NCBI GenBank assembly: GCA_963554165.1
Contig: CAUVQR010000002.1
Span: 124,145 to 188,144, forward strand
Origin: an uncultured Candidatus Saccharibacteria bacterium
Lineage (GTDB): Bacteria; Patescibacteriota; Saccharimonadia; Saccharimonadales; Saccharimonadaceae
Reading direction: 5' to 3'
Length of the DNA: 64,000 nucleotides
Shown here: one piece after another, positions 1-10,104 of the stretch
How the letters are laid out: each line of letters begins with the position of its first letter
Position numbering within the stretch: position 1 is the stretch's first letter
Made by a program: the position numbers and the translations under genes
Notes under the pieces: generated by a model
Told to the model about the DNA's origin: nothing
The model's input: only the letters and a program-made list of their open reading frames with translations
Database searches by the model: none

Positions 1-250
1 GTGTGAGGCTGTCGATGATACCGTGGAGGATTTGCTCGCGCTGGTGGCGTTCGCGGTCGATGATACACATCACATCGAGCTCCTCATTGCTACGGCATGG
101 AGCAGTCGGCAATTCGGCAACAAGCGCAAGATAACCAACCTGACTAGCCCGAGAAGAAGTGCGCTCAGCAAGCAGTTGTAAGTCGCTCTCAACAGTGGAT
201 GGTAATGGGCAAACAGGCGCTGCTTCTGAGCTGACAACGGCAAGAGACAT
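1..250 (-). CDS. hypothetical protein, N-terminal part only (gene runs off the left edge)
   Basis: ATG at 250-248 preceded by a GAGG-type SD. Frame stays open to position 1 (about 83 codons, MSLAVVSSEAAPVCPLPSTVESDLQLLAERTS...). No motif recognised. Confidence 0.35.
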   Translation of the reverse strand, partial: MSLAVVSSEAAPVCPLPSTVESDLQLLAERTSSRASQVGYLALVAELPTAPCRSNEELDVMCIIDRERHQREQILHGIIDSLT

Positions 251-355
251 TAGATAACCTCACTCGTTTTGATTAAAGAATGGTAATTGTCTATTATACG
301 AGGATGAGGCAAAAATGCAAGGGGGTTGGATCCTTGGTGTGCTATTAACATTCTT

Positions 356-383
356 TTGCCACACCGCCCGAGCGTAGTATAAT
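356..383 (+). promoter_or_regulatory. sigma70-type promoter of the S41 protease gene
   Basis: TTGCCA (356-361), 16-nt spacer, TATAAT (378-383). The ATG at 392 lies only 8 nt after the -10 box, so there is a very short or no leader. Confidence 0.5.
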
Positions 384-391
384 ACCATAGT

Positions 392-1624
392 ATGGTACAG
401 AGTGACACAACGAGCGCGAACCGCTCGAAATATGACTATGATGAACCAAAAAAGCTGACCATCTCGCAGCTCACAGCCTTGCTGGTGGCGGTGCTGCTGC
501 TGGGGGCTGGCTTTATGGCAGGGATGTATGCCGACAAGCTCTATGCGGCGATTGCACCAGTCTTTGGCTTCAAAGTGTCAGCCGATAGCATCGACCTCAG
601 CAGTGTGCAGCAGACCTATCGCAAACTCAAAGCAGAATATGATGGTAAACTGGACGACACCAAGCTGATCGATGGCGCTAACCGTGGCCTAGCTGCAGCT
701 ACCGGCGACCCCTACACCACCTATATGGACAAGCAAGAGACCGAGCAGTTCGACCGTAGCCTCAATGGCGAAGTGAGCGGCATTGGCGTGGAGATCGCAT
801 CGCGGGGTAACCACGCTACAGTAGTGCGCGTCGTCGATGACTCACCAGCGGCCAAAGCAGGCCTGCGGGCCGGCGATATCTTCCGCAGTATTAATGGCCA
901 ATCGGTGGTGGGGCAGAACTCTGAGGTAGTGGCAAGCAAAGTGCGGGGCGAGGCTGGCACGACCGTCAAGCTCGTGATGCAGCGTGAGGAATCGACCGAG
1001 GAATATACCATCGTCCGGGCCAAGGTGAGCGACGCCAGTGTGCGTAGCCAGATTCGCGATGGCGTGGGTATCCTCACTATTACCCGGTTTGATGACCAAA
1101 CTGGCCGACTTGCGCGTCAAGCGGCAGAGCAGTTCGCTCAGCAGGGGGTGCGGGCGGTGGTGCTCGACCTACGCGATAACGGCGGCGGCTATGTAACGGC
1201 TGCTCGCGAGGTCGCAAGCCTGTGGCTTGAGAACAAAGTCGTGGTAGTAGAGAAGTCTGGCGACGTCGTGCGGGACACCGTGCACAGTAGCGGCCAGGCA
1301 CTGCTCAAGGGGATGAAGACGACTGTCCTCGTCAACGGCAATAGCGCCAGTGCCAGTGAGATCGTAGCGGGGGCACTACACGATCACAAAGCAGCGACAC
1401 TACTCGGCGAAAAGACCTTTGGCAAGGGCACGGTGCAGCAGCTATTTGACCTACCCGACAGCCGTAAGCTCAAGATCACCGTGGCGCGCTGGTATACCCC
1501 AAATGGCCGCAATATCTCGCAGGGCGGCATTGCGCCAGATACTGAGGTCAAAATGAGCACCGATGACCGCAACGCTGGCCGCGACCCACAACTCGATAGC
1601 GCACTGCAAAAGTTCGCAGAGTAG
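392..1624 (+). CDS. ctpA: C-terminal processing (tail-specific) peptidase, family S41, with N-terminal membrane anchor and PDZ domain
   Basis: TM helix LTALLVAVLLLGAGFMAGMY; PDZ-like GIGVEIASRG...VVRVVDDSPAAKAGLRAGD; S41 core VLVNGNSASASEIVAGAL...EKTFGKGTVQ. Confidence 0.9.
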   Translation: MVQSDTTSANRSKYDYDEPKKLTISQLTALLVAVLLLGAGFMAGMYADKLYAAIAPVFGFKVSADSIDLSSVQQTYRKLKAEYDGKLDDTKLIDGANRGLAAATGDPYTTYMDKQETEQFDRSLNGEVSGIGVEIASRGNHATVVRVVDDSPAAKAGLRAGDIFRSINGQSVVGQNSEVVASKVRGEAGTTVKLVMQREESTEEYTIVRAKVSDASVRSQIRDGVGILTITRFDDQTGRLARQAAEQFAQQGVRAVVLDLRDNGGGYVTAAREVASLWLENKVVVVEKSGDVVRDTVHSSGQALLKGMKTTVLVNGNSASASEIVAGALHDHKAATLLGEKTFGKGTVQQLFDLPDSRKLKITVARWYTPNGRNISQGGIAPDTEVKMSTDDRNAGRDPQLDSALQKFAE

Positions 1625-1703
1625 ACATATATCCAACAAAAGGCAAACAATTGTTCGCCAAAAGTATTGTATTTGCCTCGTATCTACGCTACCATAAAGG
1701 CAT

Positions 1704-2090
1704 ATGGACAGACGAAAGAAAATCCTCTTGGTAGAAGACGACACCGCGCTGCTGGCAGTGTATCGCTCGCGGCTGGAGCTGGAGGGCTTTGCGGTGAGCG
1801 AAGTGCACAATGGCGAAGATGCGCTCTCGGCGGTGGTCGATGTTCGGCCCGATTTGATCTTGCTTGATGTGATGATCCCCAAGATCAGCGGCTTCGATGT
1901 GCTTGATATCTTGCGTAACACCCCAGACACTACCAACGTCCGCGTTATCATGCTGACGGCGCTGAGCCAACCCAAGGATAAAGAGCGGGCCAAGCAGCTG
2001 GGAGTGGATGACTACCTCGTCAAGTCGCAAGTGATGATTGGTGATGTAGTGGCCCGCATTAAATACCACCTAGGTATGAGCCAAGAATAA
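1704..2090 (+). CDS. stand-alone response-regulator receiver protein (CheY-like, no output domain)
   Basis: KILLVEDD...DLILLDVMIPKISGFDVL...IMLTA...DDYLVKS receiver signature; 128 aa. Confidence 0.85.
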   Translation: MDRRKKILLVEDDTALLAVYRSRLELEGFAVSEVHNGEDALSAVVDVRPDLILLDVMIPKISGFDVLDILRNTPDTTNVRVIMLTALSQPKDKERAKQLGVDDYLVKSQVMIGDVVARIKYHLGMSQE

Positions 2091-2166
2091 CAGGGGTCAG
2101 AACACTAGAGAATACAGTGTGTGGCTGGCCTATGCTCTTGGGTAATTTTTCCTCAGCGTTATTTTG

Positions 2167-2175
2167 TGGTATGAT
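2167..2175 (+). promoter_or_regulatory. extended -10 box (TGgTATGAT) 6 nt upstream of the ATG at 2182
   Basis: TGnTAnnAT match read directly. There is no SD between the box and the ATG. Confidence 0.4.
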
Positions 2176-2181
2176 AAAAAG

Positions 2182-2796
2182 ATGACGGAAAAATATTCGG
2201 CATCTCATGGTGCAGAAAATCAAGCACCACCGCCATTACCACGACAGCCCGAGTACCTCTTGACGCAGGCAATCACAGCGGACGGCGCGCCAAAAGAGCG
2301 TGCAACTCATCCCGATACGCACAGCATTCCCAAGCGCGACGATGTGCCACGCCACCAGTGGAATGTGCTGCGCAGCAGTGGCCAGCTCGATGAAGGGTGG
2401 ATTGATAGAGAGATTATCGACAAGGATGGCACGGTGCTAGTGCGGATGACTAAGCCAGTCCACCGAAGCAACATCCACCAGCTCGAGAAGTGTGTGCCGC
2501 TCGCGGTGCTACAGGAGCAAAACATTGACTTCACCAATGCATACCTACAAAAAGCCTATGGCGTGATGATAAAAGATGGCAGGCTACAACCCGTTGCCGA
2601 CGCCACTCATACTGCTAGCCAGAGCAGCACGACTGAGCAAGAAACAGAGATACTGCCCACTCAAAGTGGCAATACACACGAGCACCTCGATGGGGATGAT
2701 GCGCGCCAATTAGTTGGAAGCGTGGCAGCAAAAGCGAGTGACGGAGAAGTGGATAATAGCCCACTGGTGCGGCGAGCGCTTGAGCGTATAAGATAA
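2182..2796 (+). CDS. hypothetical protein
   Basis: Long ORF; first ATG at 2182 (the track start at 2164 is TTG). No recognisable domain. Confidence 0.5.
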   Translation: MTEKYSASHGAENQAPPPLPRQPEYLLTQAITADGAPKERATHPDTHSIPKRDDVPRHQWNVLRSSGQLDEGWIDREIIDKDGTVLVRMTKPVHRSNIHQLEKCVPLAVLQEQNIDFTNAYLQKAYGVMIKDGRLQPVADATHTASQSSTTEQETEILPTQSGNTHEHLDGDDARQLVGSVAAKASDGEVDNSPLVRRALERIR

Positions 2797-2991
2797 TACG
2801 CGGTTTATTCCAAAGGGCAGCAATAACTGGAATCACTAGTGTCAAAGCCCTTGCTTCTCAGGCGAGAGACTGGCTAAAAATGATGAGCATGTGTCGTTTA
2901 TAGCTGTAATACAAAGTGTGTCGTTGCTAAATAGTATGGGCCGCCTATTGATAGTAAGCACCGAGTTCGCTCGGGTTATTATCAAAACAAG

Positions 2992-3019
2992 AAGACCACC
3001 TCGATTATGAGGTGGTCTT
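2992..3019 (-). terminator. intrinsic terminator of rpmA
   Basis: 11-bp perfect stem AAGACCACCTC/GAGGTGGTCTT with a 6-nt loop. On the minus strand it is followed by CTTGTTTTG. Confidence 0.6.
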
Positions 3020-3039
3020 GCGTTTGCACTATAAAACAC

Positions 3040-3318
3040 TTACGCTGCGCTGACACACACTTGGGTGCGTGGCTGGGTTTTGCCAGTGAAGGTAGACTTC
3101 TTGACCTTCTTGAAGCTGACGACACCACTGTGAGCGGCGTGGATGGTGTAGTTGCGGCTCATGTATGTGCCAGGGCCGGCAATCTTCGTAGCGCCTGTCT
3201 GGCGAACGAGGACTTCACCAGCGTTGACCTGCTGGCCACCGAAGCGCTTGACGCCAAGGCGCGCCCCAGCGTTATTGTGGACGTTCTTGCTTGAGCCACC
3301 TGCTTTGACTTTTGACAT
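3040..3318 (-). CDS. rpmA: 50S ribosomal protein L27
   Basis: KAGGSSKN..NAGARLGVKRFGGQ.V.AG..LVRQ.G typical L27 N-terminus. No rplU adjacent. Confidence 0.95.
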   Translation of the reverse strand: MSKVKAGGSSKNVHNNAGARLGVKRFGGQQVNAGEVLVRQTGATKIAGPGTYMSRNYTIHAAHSGVVSFKKVKKSTFTGKTQPRTQVCVSAA

Positions 3319-3615
3319 ATCACTCCTTTAGCTAATATAAACAATCTATACGATTATACGTGAGGGCGTGGGCGAAGTCAAGCGGTATGGATTGAATAGC
3401 AGCCGTAAGAATGCCGACTGTTATAACGCGAGAGAAGAGAGCGGCAAGAGGAGTGCGCAAGCGAGCAAGACATTGAGCTGTAGGCATGACAAAAAGGGGA
3501 CAAAACATCGACGGTGACGCAGATGGGCTGTAGCACTAACTGAGCAGAGTTGGATAGCTGGCACTATAGTGGTATAATTAGCTATACTATAGATACAATA
3601 ATGATATGAAAAGGA

Positions 3616-4215
3616 GTGATGATGGCAGGACGATATGACAGGATCGGATCTCAGGGTGAGTGGCCGTATCCGGGCAGCGGACCGAGTGGCAGCTCGGAGA
3701 CACTAGGAGGAGTGGCTTGGCTTTCTGTACATCGGGATGCTGAGAGTGATTTGCCATTGGGGCAAGGGGAGGGCGATGCTCGGCAGGGTGCTCCTGCGCC
3801 CACTGCAGATGAGCTTCGAGAGAGCTTAAGAGGAATTATTACTGAGACTCATGAATTAACAGCACCAGCTGCGCCCCAAACTCCGAAGGATATACGTGCA
3901 GCGCTACGTGATGGCGTGGGTGTTCACGAAGCACCAGCTCCTCAGGCAGCAGAAGGAATACGGGCAGATCAACATAGAGAAGCCCTTTGGAGCGCAGAAG
4001 GGACACTCCGCAACACTCCAGAGGTGTTGGATGCTGCAGCAAATGAGTTAGAGAGTATCATTGCAGGTGGCAACGTACCAGCAAGTGTTGTACGGCGTTT
4101 GAACTCTGTGATAGGGTCTCTACGTGGCATTAACCTTCATGATCTTGATGTTGCTCGGCAACAGGTGGGGACAACTGCCCACGCAATGGATATGGAGAAA
4201 AACAACCGCCAATAA
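3616..4215 (+). CDS. hypothetical protein
   Basis: ORF preceded by AAAAGGAG SD (start GTG/ATG at 3616-3622). No recognisable domain. Confidence 0.5.
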   Translation: MMMAGRYDRIGSQGEWPYPGSGPSGSSETLGGVAWLSVHRDAESDLPLGQGEGDARQGAPAPTADELRESLRGIITETHELTAPAAPQTPKDIRAALRDGVGVHEAPAPQAAEGIRADQHREALWSAEGTLRNTPEVLDAAANELESIIAGGNVPASVVRRLNSVIGSLRGINLHDLDVARQQVGTTAHAMDMEKNNRQ

Positions 4216-4236
4216 TACTTGCTACTAGAGCGATAT

Positions 4237-4270
4237 AAAGAACCTCAGCTATACCGTGCTGAGGTTCTTT
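4237..4270. terminator. hairpin terminator between convergent genes
   Basis: 13-bp perfect stem AAAGAACCTCAGC/GCTGAGGTTCTTT, 8-nt loop, T-rich on the plus side and A-rich before it. Confidence 0.55.
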
Positions 4271-4349
4271 GCTTTGCTCGGTTGCTGGCATTGTAATGGG
4301 GAGATGTATGTGTCGCTGGATGATGAGAATGATATTTTACGCCAAAAGA

Positions 4350-5561
4350 TTATCTCGCTACTTCCACCATCAGCAACTCCCGCGCTACCACCTGGTTCTC
4401 ACGGTAATAACAGAGGTCGGTGGGCCGAACGTGCTGGAATGGGCGGCGCTGGTAGCCCAGCTGTTCGAGCTGGGCGATGAGTGGCAGGTGAGTAAACTGC
4501 CCGTTGCTGCTACGCCAAGCGGGCACCGCAATAACCAGTGGTGTGCCAGGGCGCAGCTGAGGACGAAGATTAGTGAGAAAATGGCTGATGATATGGTTGC
4601 ACGTGGTACGCACAGTGCTGAGTTTGGCAGGAGTAGGTGGGGCAGAGAAGGGCTGGCCAAGGTATGTCTCGCAGACGATAGCACTGAGCTGCTGGGCGTC
4701 TGCCCACTGATGAGTAGTGGCATCAGCCTGAGTAACGTCTTGCACCGCGCCAGGAGTAGCCTCAGCAGAGCGGCGCTGCAGCCAGGCGAGATTCTCGCTG
4801 GTATAGCTGACCATCTTGGGGTTGAGGTCGCTGCCGCACACATCGTAGCCTAGGAGGAGCGCCTCTTGCAAGACAGTGCCAGTGCCGCAGAAGGGATCAA
4901 GCAACACGGGGCGCGGCGCTGAGTGCTTAGTCGTAGGTGAAGGCTGCACCAGTGGCCCAGCCATATTAACCATCATGCGGGCAAGCTTGGGTGGTAGCAT
5001 ACCAACGAAGGCATCGGTGCGTGGGCGAGCTTGGTCGCGTGCGGCCAGGGCAGAAATGTTTTGCGCGCCAACACTCTCCGCCACAATAACGCGCCCATCC
5101 TGGGCTCGCACTACCAGCAGCTCGATGTGGTGGGGTGAGCGACCAAGCTTGTTGTGATGGCTCGTGGCAGTATTGAGCGCTGGAGCGGCATTAGGAATAA
5201 GGCGCAGGCTAGTGCCAGTTGCGCGTAATTTTGTCTTAAGAATAAGGCCAGTCTTTTGCACCTCGCGGGCACTGACAGAGAAGCCATAGGCACTCATGCC
5301 CAGCGTAATCTTGTGCGACGCGCCCTGCCACTGCGCGCTATAGTGGCGGACAATCTGCCGACTCACCGCCAGCCAGTTACCGCGCAGCTCTAACACCACC
5401 CGGCCCGCCTTTTGGCTGCCACCCAGGCGCTCAAAATCGAATATATCAGAGGTAATAGTAGCAGCTTGCCCGCCAAACCAACGCACCGCCGCCGCGCCAT
5501 ACAGACACTCCAGCTCCGCCACACCCAGGGCCGGCTGCCGGCCAAGAATCGCAATATACAT
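4350..5561 (-). CDS. SAM-dependent RNA methyltransferase (THUMP/UPF0020, Trm11-like)
   Basis: Motif I DPFCGTGTVLQEALLLGYDVCGSDLN. Start moved to ATG 5561 (MYIAILGRQPALG...), which matches the usual N-terminus of this family. Confidence 0.65.
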   Translation of the reverse strand: MYIAILGRQPALGVAELECLYGAAAVRWFGGQAATITSDIFDFERLGGSQKAGRVVLELRGNWLAVSRQIVRHYSAQWQGASHKITLGMSAYGFSVSAREVQKTGLILKTKLRATGTSLRLIPNAAPALNTATSHHNKLGRSPHHIELLVVRAQDGRVIVAESVGAQNISALAARDQARPRTDAFVGMLPPKLARMMVNMAGPLVQPSPTTKHSAPRPVLLDPFCGTGTVLQEALLLGYDVCGSDLNPKMVSYTSENLAWLQRRSAEATPGAVQDVTQADATTHQWADAQQLSAIVCETYLGQPFSAPPTPAKLSTVRTTCNHIISHFLTNLRPQLRPGTPLVIAVPAWRSSNGQFTHLPLIAQLEQLGYQRRPFQHVRPTDLCYYRENQVVARELLMVEVAR

Positions 5562-5714
5562 ATGCCTAGTATAGCGCAAAAGTGAGTGAGAATGGAGGGG
5601 TGGCGGCACGAACGGTATGTTAGATATAGGTAGCCGACCACTCTCGAGCTTGTACGACAAGCTTTCGTACTCAGTCTGATTAAAGCGTTAGAAAAGGTTC
5701 GCCTCGCTGCCTCG

Positions 5715-5723
5715 TGGTATAAT
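5715..5723 (+). promoter_or_regulatory. extended -10 box TGgTATAAT, 11 nt before the ATG at 5735
   Basis: Read directly; no SD in the 11-nt interval. Confidence 0.4.
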
Positions 5724-5734
5724 ATACCGTAGCT

Positions 5735-6808
5735 ATGCAGAAATATATCAAAAAAATGAAACAGCTGTCCTTCCGCACCTGGCTGAGTATTATGACGTTT
5801 GTGCTGATCGCCTTGATTCTATTCTTATCGCGGCACGAACTTCTCCAGGCGTGGCATTTGCTGCAGCAGGTCAATATATGGGTCTTGATTGCCGTCTTTC
5901 CGGTGGCGGCGTTGGGGTATTTAGCAGCAGGTGAGATGATTTTCTCATATCTGCGGCAAAAGGGCTTCGTGCGCGATGTGAGCCCCTTTGCCTTGATGCG
6001 CTTGTCGCTGGAGCTAAACTTTGTTAACCACGCTTTCCCCAGTGGTGGCCTAAGCGGTATATCATACGCCAACTGGCGCTTACGCAAATACGGCGTCTCG
6101 ACGGGGCGCGCAACGATGGCCCAGATGGTGCGCTATGTCATGGGCTTTGTGGCAGTGGTGCTGTTCCTTGCAGTGGCGGTGGTAATCGTGACGATCGATA
6201 GCGGAGTGAACCGCTGGATTATCCTGATGAGTGGGGGACTGGTATTTTGCCTGACGATGATCACGCTACTGGGAGTATATTTGCTGACGAGCCAGCGGCG
6301 GCTCCACAAGGCGGCGCATCAGGTCACGCTGACAATCAACGGCTTCGCACGGCGCATCCTGCGGCGCACAAAGCCAGTGATGGACGAAGCTGCGGTGCGG
6401 CGCTACTGCGACGACCTCCACACCGACTTTCTCGAGCTGCGGCGCGACAAGAAGCTGCTGTGGCAGCCCTTTGTCTGGAGTATTATCTTTACGATTATGG
6501 AGATCTTGCCCTTCTGGATGACCTTCCAATCGCTGGGGGTATCGGTTAACCCTGCATCAATTCTCATCGCCTACGGCGTGGCCACGACAATGGCGGTGGT
6601 CGTTGCTACCCCTGGTGGAGCTGGTGCGTATGAGGCGGTCATGGTGGGGATCTTGGCGCTCTCGGGTGTGAGCCAGGGCCAAGCCATTGCTGGAACGATG
6701 CTCTACCGCGTGATTGCCATCGTTACCACACTGGTGTTTGGCTATGCATTTTATCAACTAACCATCATGCGTTATGGACGCGACAAACCTCCCACCACTG
6801 AGCGTTAG
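5735..6808 (+). CDS. polytopic membrane protein, UPF0104 / lysylphosphatidylglycerol-synthase-TM-like (flippase-like) family
   Basis: About 8 hydrophobic helices, with size and topology typical of the family. The family assignment is from memory, not searched. Confidence 0.55.
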   Translation: MQKYIKKMKQLSFRTWLSIMTFVLIALILFLSRHELLQAWHLLQQVNIWVLIAVFPVAALGYLAAGEMIFSYLRQKGFVRDVSPFALMRLSLELNFVNHAFPSGGLSGISYANWRLRKYGVSTGRATMAQMVRYVMGFVAVVLFLAVAVVIVTIDSGVNRWIILMSGGLVFCLTMITLLGVYLLTSQRRLHKAAHQVTLTINGFARRILRRTKPVMDEAAVRRYCDDLHTDFLELRRDKKLLWQPFVWSIIFTIMEILPFWMTFQSLGVSVNPASILIAYGVATTMAVVVATPGGAGAYEAVMVGILALSGVSQGQAIAGTMLYRVIAIVTTLVFGYAFYQLTIMRYGRDKPPTTER

Positions 6809-7907
6809 CGACTTCCTCGCCTGTGCGAACCAGGTACTGGAGGGAGCATTTCCGGTACTAACGGTCGAGGGCGAGGTGGCTAGTATGGCAGTGCGCCAGG
6901 GGAAGTTTGTCTTTTTTGACCTCAAGGACGAGACAGGCAGCGTGAGCTGCTTTATGATGGTGTGGCAGCTCCGGGTGGCACTAGAAGATGGCATGCAGGT
7001 GGCAGTGCAAGCCGTGCCGAAGCTCACGGCGCGCGGTAAGTTTAGCTTGACCGTGCAGCAGGTGCGACCGGTCGGGCAGGGGAGCATTAAGAAAAGCTTC
7101 GAGCTGTTGCGCCAGCGCCTGAGTGCAGAAGGACTCTTTGCTCCAGAGCGTAAGCGGCCAGTGCCCGAGTGGCCTGAGCACATTGCCGTGGTGAGTAGCC
7201 CCCAGGCGGCAGGCTATGCTGACTTTATGACGATCATCGGCCAGCGCTGGGGCGGCATGCAGGTCGATGTCTACGCAGTGCCAGTCCAGGGTGCTGGCGC
7301 GGCCGATCGGATCATCCGCGCCATTGAGCGCTGCAACCGCCAGGCAACCGTGCCGCAGGTACTGGCGATTGTACGTGGTGGTGGCAGTGCCGATGATTTG
7401 CAAGTCTTTAACGACGAAGCGCTGGTGCGGGCGATTGCTGCAAGCCGCGTGCCAACAGTGGTTGGGGTAGGGCACGACACTGATGAGACATTAGCCGATC
7501 TCGCCGCTGACGTCCGGGCTGTGACGCCGACCAACGCTGCTCAGCTCATCACGCCTGATGCCACGGCAGTGCGAACGCGACTAGCCGAGCAGCTGCAGGC
7601 AATGAAGCGAACGATTATTGCCACAGCAGATGACGAGCAAATAGCGGTGCAGCATCAGCTGGCCGAGGCTCGAGTGAAGCTAGCCAGGCGGCAGCAGGTA
7701 CTCGAGCAGCAATGCGCAGCACTGCAGGCCCGGCTCCGGCTGTATAACCCTGCAGCAACCCTAGCGCGTGGCTACGCGCTGGTGCGCGGCCAGGCCACCA
7801 TCGGCCAGACAATCACCATTGAGCGATATAGCGATATGATAACAGCGGAGGTAACCCATGTCGAACGCAAAACAACCAACAAAACAGGCGAAATCCGCCA
7901 CACCTAG
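6774..7907 (+). CDS. xseA: exodeoxyribonuclease VII large subunit
   Basis: N-terminal OB fold LSVSDFL...VLTVEGEVAS...GKFVFFDLKDE.GSV.CFMM; IAVVSSP.AAGY.DF; IVRGGGS.DDL. Overlaps the upstream gene by 35 nt. Confidence 0.9.
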   Translation: MDATNLPPLSVSDFLACANQVLEGAFPVLTVEGEVASMAVRQGKFVFFDLKDETGSVSCFMMVWQLRVALEDGMQVAVQAVPKLTARGKFSLTVQQVRPVGQGSIKKSFELLRQRLSAEGLFAPERKRPVPEWPEHIAVVSSPQAAGYADFMTIIGQRWGGMQVDVYAVPVQGAGAADRIIRAIERCNRQATVPQVLAIVRGGGSADDLQVFNDEALVRAIAASRVPTVVGVGHDTDETLADLAADVRAVTPTNAAQLITPDATAVRTRLAEQLQAMKRTIIATADDEQIAVQHQLAEARVKLARRQQVLEQQCAALQARLRLYNPAATLARGYALVRGQATIGQTITIERYSDMITAEVTHVERKTTNKTGEIRHT

Positions 7908-8250
7908 CACGCGGGCCAAGCGTACCACGCTGAGTGATGACGACCAACTGGCAATGGCCCTTGCAGCAGAGGGAATCACGCCGGATTATAGCCAGCCCAT
8001 CAATAATACATCAGCAAGCCCATCAGCGTCGCCGCAGCCTGACCAGCAGAGCGATGCAGATAACCATTCACTGCGTGAGCAAATGGAGCAGCTGGAGGAG
8101 ATCTTGGCGTGGTTTGACAGTGATGAGTTTGAGCTCGAGGCGGCGGTCGAGCGCTACCAACAGGCAGCACGCGTTGCCGAGCAGATCGACCAGCGCTTGA
8201 GAGAGATCAAAAATAAGGTAACTATTATCACGGAGGACGCGGCTGCCTGA
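7858..8250 (+). CDS. xseB: exodeoxyribonuclease VII small subunit with S/P/Q-rich N-terminal extension
   Basis: C-terminal LEEILAWFDSDEFELEAAVERYQQAARVAEQIDQRL matches XseB helices. An internal ATG near 8083 is an alternative start. Confidence 0.75.
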   Translation: MSNAKQPTKQAKSATPSTRAKRTTLSDDDQLAMALAAEGITPDYSQPINNTSASPSASPQPDQQSDADNHSLREQMEQLEEILAWFDSDEFELEAAVERYQQAARVAEQIDQRLREIKNKVTIITEDAAA

Positions 8251-8759
8251 TGATGTGGTGGGCACTCCTGGTCATCATCCTGCTGTTTTGCGTGACAGCG
8301 CTAACGGGGGCACCCTATGTGCCGTCGCACCGCCGAGATGTGCAGCGGGCGCTGACTCAGCTCTATAGCCTTGGGCCAGAGGATTGCTTGGTGGATATGG
8401 GCTCAGGTGATGGCGTCGTCTTAAAGATTGCCCGCCGGCAGGGGGCACGAGCCTTTGGCGTGGAGCTCAACCCGCTCCTCGTCCTGCTCTCGCGCTGGCG
8501 TTTACGTGGTGATACCAAAGCGATGGTGGTGTGTGGTAACCTCTACCGTACGAACTTTCCAGCTGGCACCACAGTGGTCTACACCTTTGGCGACTCGCGC
8601 GACATCGCTCGGATGGCTGCCCATGTGCAGCAGCAAGCCACCCGCCTGGGCACAGACCTGTGGTTCATCTCCTACGCCTTTGCCGTGCCTGGCTGGGCAC
8701 CAGTGCGCGAGCAAGGCGCGCATAAGCTGTATCAAGTGCGAGCAGAGCGCGATGCATAA
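8250..8759 (+). CDS. class I SAM-dependent methyltransferase with N-terminal TM helix
   Basis: Motif I VDMGSGDGVV, then GVELNP. The start overlaps the xseB stop (TGATG). Confidence 0.7.
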   Translation: MMWWALLVIILLFCVTALTGAPYVPSHRRDVQRALTQLYSLGPEDCLVDMGSGDGVVLKIARRQGARAFGVELNPLLVLLSRWRLRGDTKAMVVCGNLYRTNFPAGTTVVYTFGDSRDIARMAAHVQQQATRLGTDLWFISYAFAVPGWAPVREQGAHKLYQVRAERDA

Positions 8760-8765
8760 GCTCTG

Positions 8766-9311
8766 CTAGTCCTCGCTTGATGGATGTATCACAGGTAGCC
8801 ACAGGGTGCTGGCTGGCTTGAGTGAGTCGATCATCGTAGTAATATCTGCTTGCTCAATACGGCGAGGAAAGAACAGCTCGAGATAGGTGCCACCGCGATT
8901 AAGCTCAACATGAGTGGTGAGCATCTCGTCGGCGTGGTGATAGCATAAGCGGTAGGTTTGCTTGTGCGGGGTCTCGACCCAGCGACAAGAGGCTATGCGA
9001 GGATCTTTGGTGAGGCCGCCACCCGCCGATGCATACTGGCCTGGCCACTGTGTAATACCATAGTACCAGCCATCTTTTGCCCGGAAGCGCTGCTTTGTAT
9101 GAATGAATGTGCCGTTATTGCGCTCGTCCTTGATAAGACGCCGCTGGGCAAGCGTTGCATTGGCCGGCAAGGAAGATGGCTCGAAGTAGGTAAAGTCGAT
9201 CCGCGTCGCTCGCCAGCGATATACCCCATAGCCAAGTATACCCAAGAGGAGCACAGCGATGATGGCAAGGCTAATACTGCGTGGTGTTGTGGGGAGACGG
9301 AGCTGCTTCAT
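8766..9311 (-). CDS. hypothetical membrane-anchored protein
   Basis: Start at ATG 9311 (MKQLRLP...) followed by TM helix ISLAIIAVLLLGILGYGVY. No domain recognised. Confidence 0.5.
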   Translation of the reverse strand: MKQLRLPTTPRSISLAIIAVLLLGILGYGVYRWRATRIDFTYFEPSSLPANATLAQRRLIKDERNNGTFIHTKQRFRAKDGWYYGITQWPGQYASAGGGLTKDPRIASCRWVETPHKQTYRLCYHHADEMLTTHVELNRGGTYLELFFPRRIEQADITTMIDSLKPASTLWLPVIHPSSED

Positions 9312-9397
9312 ATATTTATGAATAGCACATAGTGCCAATAATGGCAAATCCTTATCCCGCTCTTGTCTATCGCCCCAGGCATAAGTATAATAGGGAT

Positions 9398-10063
9398 ATG
9401 ACGAAGCAATCTTACAAACGACGAAGTTTTCTTAGTGGCAGCACCTTTGCCATTATCGGGCTGGCACTGCTGGTGGTGCTCTTTGGTGGGTTTTCGGCCT
9501 GGGCCTACACTAACTATACTGAGGCCAAGAGCAACCTCGATAGCAAGATTACCGCAGCGCAAGCTGAGGCCAAGAAGACACAAGCAGACGAAGACGAGAA
9601 GAAATTTGCCGAGCGCGAGAAGCAGCCCATGCTGCAATTCGTTGGGCCAGATGACTATGGCCGCCTGACCTTCGATTACCCCAAGACCTGGAGCGCCTAC
9701 CAGGCTACTGATGTGAGCGAGGGTGGCGGGAAGACGTATGAGGCGTACCTCAACCCCCGCGTCGTGCCACCAGTGACAGACACGCAGAAGATTGCCATTC
9801 GGATTAGCATCGAGCAAAAGATCTACGACAAAGCGGTGGCCGACTACGACAGCCAAATCAAAAAAGGCGAGCTGAAGTCGAGCGCCTGGAGCAATGACAA
9901 AGGCCTGACGGGCACGCGCCTGGAAGGGAACTTTAGCAAAGATATCCGCGGCACCGCAGTGGTGATCAAGATGCGCGACCGGACGCTCACGGTGCGGACG
10001 GATGCCGACGTGTTTAATAACGACTACGAAGCCCTGATAAAAACCATTAAATTTAACGAATAA
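9398..10063 (+). CDS. hypothetical membrane-anchored protein
   Basis: ATG 9398 lies 6 nt after TATAAT (9386-9391). TM helix FAIIGLALLVVLFGGFSAWAY, then a lysine-rich coiled stretch. Confidence 0.55.
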   Translation: MTKQSYKRRSFLSGSTFAIIGLALLVVLFGGFSAWAYTNYTEAKSNLDSKITAAQAEAKKTQADEDEKKFAEREKQPMLQFVGPDDYGRLTFDYPKTWSAYQATDVSEGGGKTYEAYLNPRVVPPVTDTQKIAIRISIEQKIYDKAVADYDSQIKKGELKSSAWSNDKGLTGTRLEGNFSKDIRGTAVVIKMRDRTLTVRTDADVFNNDYEALIKTIKFNE

Positions 10064-10086
10064 ATATAGAACATTGCGACGATCTG

Positions 10087-10095
10087 TGCTACAAT
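10087..10095 (+). promoter_or_regulatory. extended -10 box TGcTACAAT, 9 nt before the ATG at 10105
   Basis: Read directly; no SD in between. Confidence 0.4.
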
Positions 10096-10104
10096 GCAGC
10101 TGGT